Shown: positions 1 through 9,157 of the stretch, one piece after another
Numbering within the stretch: position 1 is the first letter of the stretch
Layout of the letters: each line of letters begins with the position of its first letter
NCBI GenBank assembly: GCA_018826905.1
Contig: JAHJYC010000002.1
Location: 14,786-78,785 of the forward strand
Direction of reading: 5' to 3'
Length of the DNA stretch: 64,000 nt
Origin: Patescibacteria group bacterium
GTDB taxonomy: Bacteria > Patescibacteriota > Minisyncoccia > Phycocordibacterales > Phycocordibacteraceae
Notes under the pieces: model-generated
Database searches by the model: none
The model's input: the letters and a program-made list of their open reading frames with translations, nothing else
Told to the model about the DNA's origin: nothing
Made by a program: the position numbers and the translations under genes

Positions 1-1
1 T

Positions 2-445
2 TCATTCGCCGTTATGTTTGGCTTCCAGCGCCAGAACAAGCTTACCGGTTCAGCTGAGCAGATTCAGTACATCATGCGAGACGAGAGCCAGCACTTGAAT
101 TTCGGTATTAACATGATTAATGCCATTAAGCAGGAGCAGCCTGAGTTGTGGACTCCAGAGTTCCAGCAGCGCATTGTTGACCTTGTGAAGCGTGCCGTGG
201 TGCTTGAGTACACCTTTGCTACAGAAGTGTTCCCTAAGGGAATCTTCGGTATGAATGCTGCTGGGTTCAAGCAGTATATTGAGCACATTGCAGATCGTAG
301 ACTTGCATCGGTAGGACTCCCAGCTCAGTACAATGTAGAGAACCCATTCCCATGGATGGGAGAAGCAGTGGACCTCAACAAAGAGAAGAACTTCTTTGAG
401 ACTCGTGTAACAGAGTACAAGACAGGAGGGCAGTTGAGTTGGTAA
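2..445 (+). CDS. nrdB: Ribonucleotide reductase class I beta subunit, C-terminal part (5' truncated by window)
   Basis: RDESQH metal-ligand motif; C-terminal NFFETRVTEY tail. Confidence 0.92.
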   Translation, partial: SFAVMFGFQRQNKLTGSAEQIQYIMRDESQHLNFGINMINAIKQEQPELWTPEFQQRIVDLVKRAVVLEYTFATEVFPKGIFGMNAAGFKQYIEHIADRRLASVGLPAQYNVENPFPWMGEAVDLNKEKNFFETRVTEYKTGGQLSW

Positions 446-457
446 AAGGGCTGATAC

Positions 458-492
458 AAAAAGGACTCTGCATATTCAGCAGAGTCCTTTTT
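458..492. terminator. Bidirectional intrinsic terminator
   Basis: aaaaaggactctg...cagagtccttttt hairpin directly after nrdB. Confidence 0.8.
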
Positions 493-548
493 GTATATGA
501 AGAAACCCCGCAAGAGAGCAGGGCTCTCCACGGGGTTGGTTGCGGGCT

Positions 549-755
549 CTAGTCAGCGTCGGGAAGAAACCTCTCGACCTGTCTCTCAACAAAGGTCACC
601 AGGGAGATCGCGACGATCATCCCCAGAAGGCCTGCCCAGAGCGAACCGGAAAGTTCGCCGACAAGAAGGCCGCAAGCGACTATCCCGCCCATAATGATCC
701 ACAACTCTGCCTTCATTGGATCATGCGACGAGGATTTGGTAACTGATTCGGTCAT
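549..755 (-). CDS. Small two-TM orphan membrane protein (cassette A)
   Basis: MTESVTK... with two hydrophobic segments; own TTGACA promoter; hairpin downstream at ~504-538. Confidence 0.55.
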   Translation of the reverse strand: MTESVTKSSSHDPMKAELWIIMGGIVACGLLVGELSGSLWAGLLGMIVAISLVTFVERQVERFLPDAD

Positions 756-797
756 CGTGTTCTCTCGCTGTTCGCAGCTGTGCTGCAAGGACTGTAC

Positions 798-834
798 TAA
801 TGCAATGTATAGCATATACATTGCATTATGTCAA
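798..834 (-). promoter_or_regulatory. Sigma70 promoter overlapped by a perfect 14-bp inverted repeat
   Basis: TTGACA (829-834), 17 nt, TATACA (806-811); IR taatgcaatgtata-gca-tatacattgcatta. Confidence 0.65.
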
Positions 835-838
835 GTTT

Positions 839-1141
839 CTATTTCTTCCCCCATCTCCACTCTGGCTTCTCTCCAAACCGGGTACAAACCCTAAAGAGGG
901 AATAGGAGAGGAGTGCGAGTACGATAAGGAACTCAAGGACCCCAAATACTGCTTCCCGTAGGTCTGCATTAGCCTCAACAGCAGCCCCAGCCCATGCACC
1001 GAAGATAAGGACGGTGGAGGTGAAAGCAATCGCGTACAGGGCAGTTATTACCCAGCCTTGCCAGGTAATAGGGTACCAACCGTACCCATAATCTTTGGCA
1101 CGAAACCAGAGTTTTCTTTCTTTCCTTGTTGCCTTGCTCAT
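839..1141 (-). CDS. Conserved small membrane protein
   Basis: WFRAKDYGYGWYPITWQGW motif and two TM helices; TATGAT 6 nt before ATG. Confidence 0.8.
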   Translation of the reverse strand: MSKATRKERKLWFRAKDYGYGWYPITWQGWVITALYAIAFTSTVLIFGAWAGAAVEANADLREAVFGVLEFLIVLALLSYSLFRVCTRFGEKPEWRWGKK

Positions 1142-1307
1142 GGTCTGATCATACAGTATTTAGGCCATATTTCCACTCTTTTCGTCTCTTGACTTCCTAA
1201 AATGAGGGGACCCTAAACATGAAGAAATTGCTTCACAGCTCTTGACAAGCCTTGTCAAGTCTGCTACTATGGCCCTGTTAGGCCGTCCTTCGGGTCGGCT
1301 TTCATTT

Positions 1308-1919
1308 ATGCCAGTAATTGCAGTAGTAGCCCTTATGGGCTTCTTGTTTTTACCGGGTAGCGCAGGCGCGCCGGCACATGCAGAGACGATTTCTGCGCCG
1401 GTAGTTGCTAGCGGGGAGGCTGAAGAGCCTTCTAAACGCCTGGCAACCTCTCTGGAGGTTGCCCAGACCTACACGGTAAGTATGACCGCTTATAATGCCG
1501 TCCCGGCGCAAACGGATGCCAACCCATTCGTGACCGCCAGCGGCTTAGCCTCTAACCCAGAGGTAGTGGTTGCTCGTTCACGCGACATGGCTGCCGAACT
1601 TCCGTTCGGTACAGTGATTCTCCTAGAACGCTCAGCGAAGGACACTCCTTCGTGTAGGTTCACTGAAGTTGAACATCTTATTGGATACCGTGTTGTTGCA
1701 GATACTATGCACCAACGATGGGTACACAAGATTGATGTGTTGTTCCCTACGCACGATACTGTCTCAGTAAACGGACGTGAGGTGAACCCTGCAATCGCAC
1801 TTGGTGTGTGTGGTCAGGTAACAGCAACAGTAGTCGGACGCCTTGATCTTAAGGATGTTCCTGCAACTCAAGCAGAACTTGCTGCTATGTTCAGCGCTCC
1901 TTCACTTGCTCTAAGATAA
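1308..1919 (+). CDS. 3D-domain (MltA/RlpA-like) exported protein
   Basis: MTAYNAVPAQTDANPFVTASG, VADTM and KIDV motifs; start placed downstream of the TTGACA-17-TACTAT promoter (1242-1270), so the start is uncertain. Confidence 0.8.
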   Translation: MPVIAVVALMGFLFLPGSAGAPAHAETISAPVVASGEAEEPSKRLATSLEVAQTYTVSMTAYNAVPAQTDANPFVTASGLASNPEVVVARSRDMAAELPFGTVILLERSAKDTPSCRFTEVEHLIGYRVVADTMHQRWVHKIDVLFPTHDTVSVNGREVNPAIALGVCGQVTATVVGRLDLKDVPATQAELAAMFSAPSLALR

Positions 1920-2006
1920 AATAGAATTTCTCCACAGTTTTCATGAAGACCCGCACTCCTGTAAGGACGCGGGTCTTCGTACGTTTGTTATAGTAGCTAC
2001 ATACAT

Positions 2007-3263
2007 ATGAACAGAAACACTCTTATCTCTGCGACACTCCTTGCTGTATTTGCATCAAGTACTGTGTTGCCAGCGACAACACTCGCCGCAACAGCAAAGA
2101 AGGCAAGCACTACGCCACTTGAAATCTCTGGATGGATTCCCTACTGGAGAACAGAGGCAGGCACAAAAGATGCGAAAGCACATCTCTCTCAGTTGACGGA
2201 GGTTAATCCGTTTGGCTACACAGTTAAACTAGACGGCTCCTTACACGACGCCATGAGGATCGGAGGAAGCGACTGGAAGAGTCTTATAAAAGAGGCAAAG
2301 AAGAAAAGGGTACGTGTAGTACCTACAATTATGTGGAGCGACACTAACTCAATCCACTCAATACTTTCAGACCCCAAGAAGCGTGCCACTCACGTTGCTG
2401 GCATTGTGAAGATGGTCAAAGACAACAACTTTGATGGAGTTGATATTGACTACGAGGGCAAGCTTGCAGAGACTCGCCCCTACTACACTCTTTTCCTAAA
2501 GGAGCTTTCTGAAGAGCTGAGTAAGAAGAAGGCTAACAAGTGGCTTATGTGTACCATTGAGGCACGTATGCCGCTGGAATCTCGCTACGTAGGTACACCA
2601 CCTCCAGGTATTGAGTATGCGAATGATCTCCCAGAGATAAACAAGTACTGCGATCGCGTGCGCATTATGACCTATGATCAGCAAACAGCAGATGTTCGCC
2701 TTAACAAAGAAGCGAGAGCTGCAGGAGAATTCTATGCACCGGTAGCAGACAAGAAGTGGGTAGAGTGGGTTATTGAGTACATGGCTAAGGATATAGATAA
2801 GAAAAAGATGGTCATTGGTATAGCAACCTATGGCTATATCTACCAGCTCATGCCACACACGGATGGTTCAGGATACACCTATACAAAGCTGGAAGCTTTT
2901 AACCCGGGCTACGCTGTTGAACTTGCGAAGCAATACGGCATAACGCCAACAAGAAACCGTGCAGGAGAACTTTCTTTCACCTACGTGCCAAAGGAACAAA
3001 CAGCATTGCTTCCAACGCAAAGCGCACTCGCTGCACTCGCTCCTCGTGGAACAACGTCAGCAAACCTTGCGGCAGCAGGTGCAATCGCTCTAGCTAAATC
3101 AAAGGCAAGACAAGCGCCAGTACAGATGCTGTGGTGGAGTGATGCCTCCGCTATTGGAGACAAAGTAGATCTAGCACGAAAGCTCGGTGTGAAAGGAGTA
3201 GCCGTCTTTAAGATTGACGGAGGCTCTGATCCTAAGATGTGGGACGTTTTAAAGAAGAAATAG
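2007..3263 (+). CDS. Secreted glycoside hydrolase family 18 protein
   Basis: Signal peptide; FDGVDIDYE (DxDxE) and MTYD motifs. Confidence 0.9.
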   Translation: MNRNTLISATLLAVFASSTVLPATTLAATAKKASTTPLEISGWIPYWRTEAGTKDAKAHLSQLTEVNPFGYTVKLDGSLHDAMRIGGSDWKSLIKEAKKKRVRVVPTIMWSDTNSIHSILSDPKKRATHVAGIVKMVKDNNFDGVDIDYEGKLAETRPYYTLFLKELSEELSKKKANKWLMCTIEARMPLESRYVGTPPPGIEYANDLPEINKYCDRVRIMTYDQQTADVRLNKEARAAGEFYAPVADKKWVEWVIEYMAKDIDKKKMVIGIATYGYIYQLMPHTDGSGYTYTKLEAFNPGYAVELAKQYGITPTRNRAGELSFTYVPKEQTALLPTQSALAALAPRGTTSANLAAAGAIALAKSKARQAPVQMLWWSDASAIGDKVDLARKLGVKGVAVFKIDGGSDPKMWDVLKKK

Positions 3264-3267
3264 TGTA

Positions 3268-3300
3268 AAAGAAAAGACCCGCGAGAGCGGGTCTTTTCTT
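3268..3300. terminator. Bidirectional intrinsic terminator
   Basis: aaaagacccgc-gaga-gcgggtctttt between convergent genes. Confidence 0.85.
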
Positions 3301-3637
3301 AGTTGCCCTCAATATTTTCTTCTTTGAAAGAATCAATGAGATCTAAATAGGCAACAAACACAGCAGGGTTGGTTCGCCACATGGCTTCAGTACTGTTGTT
3401 GATTGCTTGTATGGCGTGGCCCGGCGCATGACTAGATACAAGCATCTTTGCCTCCTTTATAGACTGATCGTTCAAAAGAGACATATCACCTGAGCGGGCA
3501 ATCTCGTCTATGGTGTTTCGTAATGTACGCTCCTTACCCACATCAAGTAACACTGGCCCTGTCTCGTGCTTGAGGGACGTAGTATCTGGCGCTTCATTAT
3601 CATTTGCTGCCTTTGGGGGAGGTCCTTCTGTAAACAT
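3299..3637 (-). CDS. Hypothetical protein
   Basis: 112-aa ORF; TATAGT 8 nt before ATG. Confidence 0.65.
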   Translation of the reverse strand: MFTEGPPPKAANDNEAPDTTSLKHETGPVLLDVGKERTLRNTIDEIARSGDMSLLNDQSIKEAKMLVSSHAPGHAIQAINNSTEAMWRTNPAVFVAYLDLIDSFKEENIEGN

Positions 3638-3661
3638 ATACGGATACTATATCATCACTGT

Positions 3662-4534
3662 TTAATCAAAAATATCAGCCAAATACTCATCAATTTCTCT
3701 CTGGTCTAGGTCATAGAAATACTTCTCATCTCGGTGCAGTTGTCGCGCGAGGTCCTTTCCAACAAAGCGCCAGTGCCACGGCTCGTATTGGTAGTATGCG
3801 TTTCCTTTAGGGTAGGAGAGTACGAACCCATATCTCCAAGCGTTTTCAGTAAGCCACTTGAATGCCTCTGTCTGGTCAAATCCAGTGAAGGTAGCACCAA
3901 CTGCTGGAGTTGTTATATCAACCGTTGTACCTAACTGGTGTTCTGAATACCCCTGGTCTGCAGAGAATGTGTTCGCGCCTGATCCATACGTAACGCGATA
4001 GCTATTCTTTAGTGCTGTCTGTGTTCCAAAAGAGCGGTATGCAGAGATAATCAATAGAGAGATATCGTCCTCCTTAGCGGCATCCAATAATTCTTCTAGG
4101 TGTGGTTGTACAGCCGCATGGAGTGTGAGGAGACGATCTTTTTGATACAGGTACTCTTCTGGAATAGGGGAGAGTGCTGGAGGAGAGTAGTTCTCGTTAA
4201 GAAAAAATACTTTGGAATACTTTGCGAGGAGTTCCGGGTCTGTTTTTGCGAGTTTCTCCAGGACTCCCACAGTTCCGGAGATTTTTGCTATCTGATTCTC
4301 AAATACACTGTTTTTGTTCCGTTCGTTTGAAAGTGCTTCTTCTAGGCGCGCAATATACTCTTTTGCTTCTGAGAGTTGCTTAGAAAGAGTGCCTGACTGA
4401 GCCGTCTCTTCTTGGAGAGCTTGTTTAGAGTCGCTTAAATCAGCGGAGAGCGTGGTGTACACATAAGCGCCATATACAGACGCTCCAAGAACGAGAACAC
4501 CTGTCACTGCTAGAAGTATTCCCGTTCGTCCCAT
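3662..4534 (-). CDS. Membrane-anchored M15B D,D-carboxypeptidase (VanY-like) with coiled coil
   Basis: SAYRS, SEHQLGTTVD and YEPWHWRFVG motifs; N-terminal TM. Confidence 0.92.
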   Translation of the reverse strand: MGRTGILLAVTGVLVLGASVYGAYVYTTLSADLSDSKQALQEETAQSGTLSKQLSEAKEYIARLEEALSNERNKNSVFENQIAKISGTVGVLEKLAKTDPELLAKYSKVFFLNENYSPPALSPIPEEYLYQKDRLLTLHAAVQPHLEELLDAAKEDDISLLIISAYRSFGTQTALKNSYRVTYGSGANTFSADQGYSEHQLGTTVDITTPAVGATFTGFDQTEAFKWLTENAWRYGFVLSYPKGNAYYQYEPWHWRFVGKDLARQLHRDEKYFYDLDQREIDEYLADIFD

Positions 4535-4608
4535 AGCCCTATTGTTACATATCCCCAGAAATGAGGCGACTTGATGGAAGTCCGGAATACAGTACGATAC
4601 GAGCACCT

Positions 4609-5019
4609 ATGCCACAGAATAAATTTGTTCCGGGAAACTGGAAGCTTCTCGTTAAACGTTCCTCAACGGGACTCGGTCTTTTTGCCGGAGAGGCTATTCC
4701 TAAAGGAGCGTGTGTTATTGAGTACGTGGGGCGCACCATCTCTAACGAGGAGGCACTCACTAGCAAGAGTAAGTACCTATTTGAAATAAGTAAGAAAAAA
4801 ACGATTGATGGGAAGCCAAAAAACAATAAGGCAGGGTACATAAATCACGCATGTACACCAAACTGCGAGACGGAAATACACAAAGGCCGAGTCTTTGTGC
4901 TCACGCTTCGCGCCATCAAGGAAGGAGAGCAGCTAACGTATGACTACGGGAAAGAGTATGTAGATGAGTTTATAAAACCTTTCGGTTGCAAGTGCGATTC
5001 TTGTCTTAAGAAAGCGTAG
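4609..5019 (+). CDS. SET-domain protein (putative lysine methyltransferase)
   Basis: GLGLFA, YINHACTPN, QLTYDYG and post-SET CKCDSC motifs. Confidence 0.92.
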   Translation: MPQNKFVPGNWKLLVKRSSTGLGLFAGEAIPKGACVIEYVGRTISNEEALTSKSKYLFEISKKKTIDGKPKNNKAGYINHACTPNCETEIHKGRVFVLTLRAIKEGEQLTYDYGKEYVDEFIKPFGCKCDSCLKKA

Positions 5020-5503
5020 CGTACGCTCCGTTCCAATACGCAGTTGGATCAAATGTATTATTTGCATCGTTGCGATCATAGTCTCTGTATCCTAGAAGTC
5101 CTTTTTTAACGCGCTTAGGTGCGATATGAACATGAGGGCCAGTGCTTTTTCCTGTACTGCCTCCATACGCAAGCACGGCCCCTACACCAAGGCGCATTCC
5201 TTTTCGTACAGGAGTTCCAGACAAATGCATAAAGGATAGCTCTACTCTTGTGCGTGCACCGTCAGGGAAATCATATTGAGCGTTTGATAGGACACATACA
5301 AACAGACCAGATCCTTTGGGATGGTTGCCAACGAGAGTAACGGTGCAATCAAACGGTGCACGAATCTCCTGGCCAACTGAAAGTGCGAGATCTACACCAT
5401 TGTGCTTTTTGAATCCAAACTCTGCATACAGTTCGTCTTCAACACCCCATCCCCTTGTAACAGTGTGTGGAGAGACAGGATAAAAGAGTGAAAGTGGCGT
5501 CAT
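5006..5503 (-). CDS. M23 family metallopeptidase
   Basis: HNGVD and STGPHVH motifs; TATGCT 6 nt before ATG. Confidence 0.88.
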   Translation of the reverse strand: MTPLSLFYPVSPHTVTRGWGVEDELYAEFGFKKHNGVDLALSVGQEIRAPFDCTVTLVGNHPKGSGLFVCVLSNAQYDFPDGARTRVELSFMHLSGTPVRKGMRLGVGAVLAYGGSTGKSTGPHVHIAPKRVKKGLLGYRDYDRNDANNTFDPTAYWNGAYATLS

Positions 5504-5581
5504 GAATAAAGCATACCAAGCGTTCATGAGGTCTTCACTACTTTTCTGTCATTGTCTGCGTATAGCACTAATCTCACATCT

Positions 5582-5935
5582 ATGGACTCATACGCTGCAC
5601 GAAGCACAAAACCCCTTTACAGAGGCACACAGGCAGTCTGGTACCTCCTTGGGCTGCTTGAGGCACTCCTAGCGTTTCGTTTTGTGCTTAAACTTCTCGG
5701 TGCAAACCCTGGAGCAGGATTCACTGACTTTATCTATTCAGTGACATATCCATTTACGCTCCCATTCTCAACAGTCTTTGGTGTCTCACAAGTTGCAGGA
5801 AATGTGTTTGAGTGGACGACACTCCTTGCAATGGTGGTGTACTGGCTTATAGCTATTGGTCTGCTGAAGCTTCTTCTTATGGGGAAGTCAGTATCAACGC
5901 CAGAGGCAGCCGCAAAGCTAGAGGCTTCAGAATAA
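5582..5935 (+). CDS. YggT-like membrane protein
   Basis: LLAFRFVLKLLGANP...FIYSVTYPF pattern. Confidence 0.75.
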   Translation: MDSYAARSTKPLYRGTQAVWYLLGLLEALLAFRFVLKLLGANPGAGFTDFIYSVTYPFTLPFSTVFGVSQVAGNVFEWTTLLAMVVYWLIAIGLLKLLLMGKSVSTPEAAAKLEASE

Positions 5936-5981
5936 TCAGCATATTCGCCTAGAAATGCGGAACTCGGTATACTGAAGATAT

Positions 5982-6488
5982 ATGATGATCCGCTCCAGTC
6001 ACTTCTTTATTCTTGTTACTATATCGCTCGTATTCCTTGCGGCAGGCCTGTACTACGCATTCGTGGTGATGGCCCCTGCGCAGGTCGCAGTGCCTGTAGA
6101 GGAAGTAGTCCCTTCAACTGAAATAGCGGATGGAGAGTACTTCGTTACGGTTGTCTCTGTTATTGAAAGCACTGGGGAGACGCAGCTCTCTATGGAGCAC
6201 GTAACTTATTTTGAAGGAGAGGCAGCAGCTTCTTCCGCTGAAGCTGAGGTTGAGTGTGGTGCTGCTATTGAAACTTGCGTCCCTACGCTTGAAGAGGGGT
6301 ATTACGTTCGTCCAAGTGGCGCTCCTTCATTCAAGGCAACACTGCAGCCTGAAACAACGTATGCGCTCCTTGATCCTAACGAGCCAACACTTGCTGCGCT
6401 CAAGAAGCTATTGTTCTCAAGTGATCCGGTGTTTGTTGTAACGGTAAAGGAGGGAGAGATAACGCGAGTAGTACAAAAAACTTCCTAG
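5982..6488 (+). CDS. Hypothetical membrane-anchored protein
   Basis: N-terminal TM; TATACT 8 nt before ATG. Confidence 0.7.
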   Translation: MMIRSSHFFILVTISLVFLAAGLYYAFVVMAPAQVAVPVEEVVPSTEIADGEYFVTVVSVIESTGETQLSMEHVTYFEGEAAASSAEAEVECGAAIETCVPTLEEGYYVRPSGAPSFKATLQPETTYALLDPNEPTLAALKKLLFSSDPVFVVTVKEGEITRVVQKTS

Positions 6489-6709
6489 TGTATATTCACG
6501 CACGAGTAACGGCTGGAGTTCGTAAGGAAAGCTTTGAAGAAGTCTCTCCTGATCACTTTCTTATCTCAGTACGAGAGAAACCTGAACGAAACGAAGCAAA
6601 TAGAGCAGTCTGCGAGCGTATTGCGCTCCATTTTAAAGTTCCCCCGTCAAAGGTACAGATTGTAAATGGACATCAAAGTCCATCAAAACTTCTCTCAGTG
6701 CGTCTTTAA
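6488..6709 (+). CDS. DUF167 (YggU-like) protein
   Basis: VREKPERNEANRAV...IVNGHQSPSK pattern. Confidence 0.8.
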   Translation: MYIHARVTAGVRKESFEEVSPDHFLISVREKPERNEANRAVCERIALHFKVPPSKVQIVNGHQSPSKLLSVRL

Positions 6710-6939
6710 GAAACGCGAGTGTGCGCTGGAAGCCAGTCCATCACTTTCTTGCGATGCTGGTCTAGGGACCAGGTACGCACCTGCTTAAAGAGGGCAGTGT
6801 TTTGCTTCTTGAATTCTACAAGAAGTTCAGCGGTTGCCTTCGGGAACTGTTCTGGCAGATCCTCGTTATATGCTTCAAGAAAAGCGGGCATGCTGAGCTG
6901 TTTTTCACAGCGAATACGATCAACGTCAGGAGACCTCAT
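6706..6939 (-). CDS. Hypothetical protein
   Basis: ORF ending WSLDQHRKKVMDWL...; -10-like box before ATG. Confidence 0.65.
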   Translation of the reverse strand: MRSPDVDRIRCEKQLSMPAFLEAYNEDLPEQFPKATAELLVEFKKQNTALFKQVRTWSLDQHRKKVMDWLPAHTRVS

Positions 6940-6978
6940 TACTTCGTACAGTACCATAAATTGGTGCTGAGCGCAAGA

Positions 6979-7013
6979 AACACAACAGACGCCCAGTGGG
7001 CGTCTGTTGTGTT
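6979..7013. terminator. Perfect 16-bp hairpin, probable terminator
   Basis: aacacaacagacgccc-agt-gggcgtctgttgtgtt. Confidence 0.75.
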
Positions 7014-7016
7014 GGC

Positions 7017-7124
7017 CTATTTGCCTGCCTCCTTCCTCGCTTTCTTGATTGCAAGACGTTTTGCCGTCTTTTGTGGGTGCTTCCGAGGTTTCTTCGGACT
7101 CACGCCGTGACTGTTTGCTGCCAT
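7017..7124 (-). CDS. 35-aa highly basic small protein (below ORF-track cut-off)
   Basis: Hand translation MAANSHGVSPKKPRKHPQKTAKRLAIKKARKEAGK; strong hairpin immediately after the stop. Confidence 0.65.
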   Translation of the reverse strand: MAANSHGVSPKKPRKHPQKTAKRLAIKKARKEAGK

Positions 7125-7231
7125 ATATGATGCGTACTAGTAATGATACCTACACGATACTACGCATTTGAATAAATTGCTCGGATTTGTGAGGCACCCC
7201 GCTTTAGATATGTGGATGGTAGGATATTCGT

Positions 7232-7978
7232 ATGTCAGAGAAGCATTCACAGAAGTGGAAGAGTGCTGAGTCAGAGCCACTTCCTGTACCCATTCTTGTT
7301 ACAGGGATTGATGAGATAAGGGAATACACAAAGTACGCAGATTCTGTATTTGGTGTGGACGAATCTGATCCCACGCTTGAGCGATGGACTCCAGAGTACA
7401 TTGCGACACACACTGATACTGTGGGACTGTTTGTTGCGTATGGATCAGATAAAGAAATAAAGGGCGGAGGGCTAGTTACCATCCTTTCAAAGGCGGAAGC
7501 GCTAGAAAAGCTTTTTAATCAGTCTTATCTCACAAAAGAAAAAATTGCTATTTTTGAATACCAAGTAGTGAGGGAGGAGGATAGACGCAAGGGTCTTGCA
7601 AGAGAGCTTACAGAAAAGCGCCTACAATGGGCACGTGAACACGGAGCTACTCTTGCTCTTTCAGAGATAGAAACAGTGAATCCTATCTCTGCGCATGCAA
7701 AAACCCGAGAAGGGTTTGTATTTATTGGAATACAAAGTGACGAATATAGTGATGCGCCTCTTCTAGTTGCAGTAAAACCACTCGTAGAGGCAGAGGTCTT
7801 TGGAGAAAGTATCAAAAATACAACACCGATATACGAGCACGTAGTAATGAGTGTAAAAGAAGATTCGCACAGCGAACTAGACGCTTTGTTTAGAGAGGGA
7901 TGGATAGGAATTGATGCACAGGTCGGAGAATCCGAGGAAGAGATTGTGCTCACACTGCGAAGAGCAAAGCTCTCCTAG
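7232..7978 (+). CDS. GNAT-family acetyltransferase-like protein
   Basis: VREEDRRKGLARELT acetyl-CoA binding motif A. Confidence 0.7.
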   Translation: MSEKHSQKWKSAESEPLPVPILVTGIDEIREYTKYADSVFGVDESDPTLERWTPEYIATHTDTVGLFVAYGSDKEIKGGGLVTILSKAEALEKLFNQSYLTKEKIAIFEYQVVREEDRRKGLARELTEKRLQWAREHGATLALSEIETVNPISAHAKTREGFVFIGIQSDEYSDAPLLVAVKPLVEAEVFGESIKNTTPIYEHVVMSVKEDSHSELDALFREGWIGIDAQVGESEEEIVLTLRRAKLS

Positions 7979-7980
7979 TT

Positions 7981-8334
7981 CTATAGGTGCGTCTCTAGTG
8001 ATTTCTTCAATTCTTCCACGCCCACAGGCTTTGTTATGTGTGCCGTAAATCCTGCTGCGAGGGCTTTATCTACATCTTCCTTTTGTCCGTATCCGGTTAA
8101 CGCTATTGCAGGGAACTCATGTCCTGCTGCCCGAAGAGCTACTACCGTTGCGTGCCCGTCCATATCAGGCATTCCAATATCAATGAATGCGAGTGCAGTT
8201 GAGTTGTCTTTTACGTACTCAAGTGCTTCCTTGCCTGAATACTGAGCTGAAGCACTCCATCCAAGTACCTTTAGAAGACGGACAATACCGTCTGCTGCAG
8301 CGTGATTATCGTCTACGATGAGTATATGCTTCAT
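7981..8334 (-). CDS. Stand-alone response regulator receiver (CheY-like)
   Basis: ILIVDD, DIGMPDMDG, ALTGYG and KPV motifs. Confidence 0.92.
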   Translation of the reverse strand: MKHILIVDDNHAAADGIVRLLKVLGWSASAQYSGKEALEYVKDNSTALAFIDIGMPDMDGHATVVALRAAGHEFPAIALTGYGQKEDVDKALAAGFTAHITKPVGVEELKKSLETHL

Positions 8335-9098
8335 ACAGAAGGAGCTATAAGCGTAAGCAATTTTTCATGAAATTCTGGTGTACAGGAAGACACCAGTCCT
8401 GTTGTATCTACATCGTATCGCTGTGTATTGCCATGAATGTCTGAGGTAGTGCCTCCAGCCTCGTCCACAATAATCTTCGCAGCAGCTGCGTCCCACGGAC
8501 TTGTGCGGGGGAACACCACGCCTTGAATTTGTCCGGTCGCAACAAGCATATGCGCGTACACGGTTGAACTGAATGAGAGAAAACGTACGTTAGCTGCAAG
8601 TGCTCGCTCAAAGAAAGAAAGATTCTTAAATCCGCTATGTCCGTCTGTTTCAATATAGCTATGTGCAAGCTCTGTATTCTCAGCACTTAAGATTGGTGCT
8701 CCGTTCATGAATGCGCCCCCGCCTTTAATTGCAGTGTAGAGCCGATCCAGGTGTGGGTCGTATACCACACCAACCTGCGGCTCTCCCTCAACAACAAGCG
8801 CGAGAGAGAAGACGCTAATAGGGATCCCTCGCATGAATGCAGCGGTGCCGTCTATTGGGTCACACACCCAGGTATGTTCTCCTGTCTGCATCTCTCGTCC
8901 TTCTTCTCCAAGTACACTGTGCGTAGGAAAAGCCTGTTTGATGCGCGTAATAACAAGCTCATTTATTCGGCGATCTGCATCAGTAACAGGGGAGTGATCA
9001 CTTTTAACAGTGTGAGCTACCCCCTGTGCAAACACCTCTTTCATTATGGCGCCTGCTTCGCGGGCGACTATAGTAGCTACCTCTAGATACTGTTGCAT
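8331..9098 (-). CDS. Inositol monophosphatase family protein
   Basis: GEE, DPIDGT and WDAAA motifs. Confidence 0.92.
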   Translation of the reverse strand: MQQYLEVATIVAREAGAIMKEVFAQGVAHTVKSDHSPVTDADRRINELVITRIKQAFPTHSVLGEEGREMQTGEHTWVCDPIDGTAAFMRGIPISVFSLALVVEGEPQVGVVYDPHLDRLYTAIKGGGAFMNGAPILSAENTELAHSYIETDGHSGFKNLSFFERALAANVRFLSFSSTVYAHMLVATGQIQGVVFPRTSPWDAAAAKIIVDEAGGTTSDIHGNTQRYDVDTTGLVSSCTPEFHEKLLTLIAPSV

Positions 9099-9157
9099 TT
9101 AGACTAAGTATACCAAAACAAAAAAGTATAGAAAAACAGACGCGGATGAGGCGTCTG

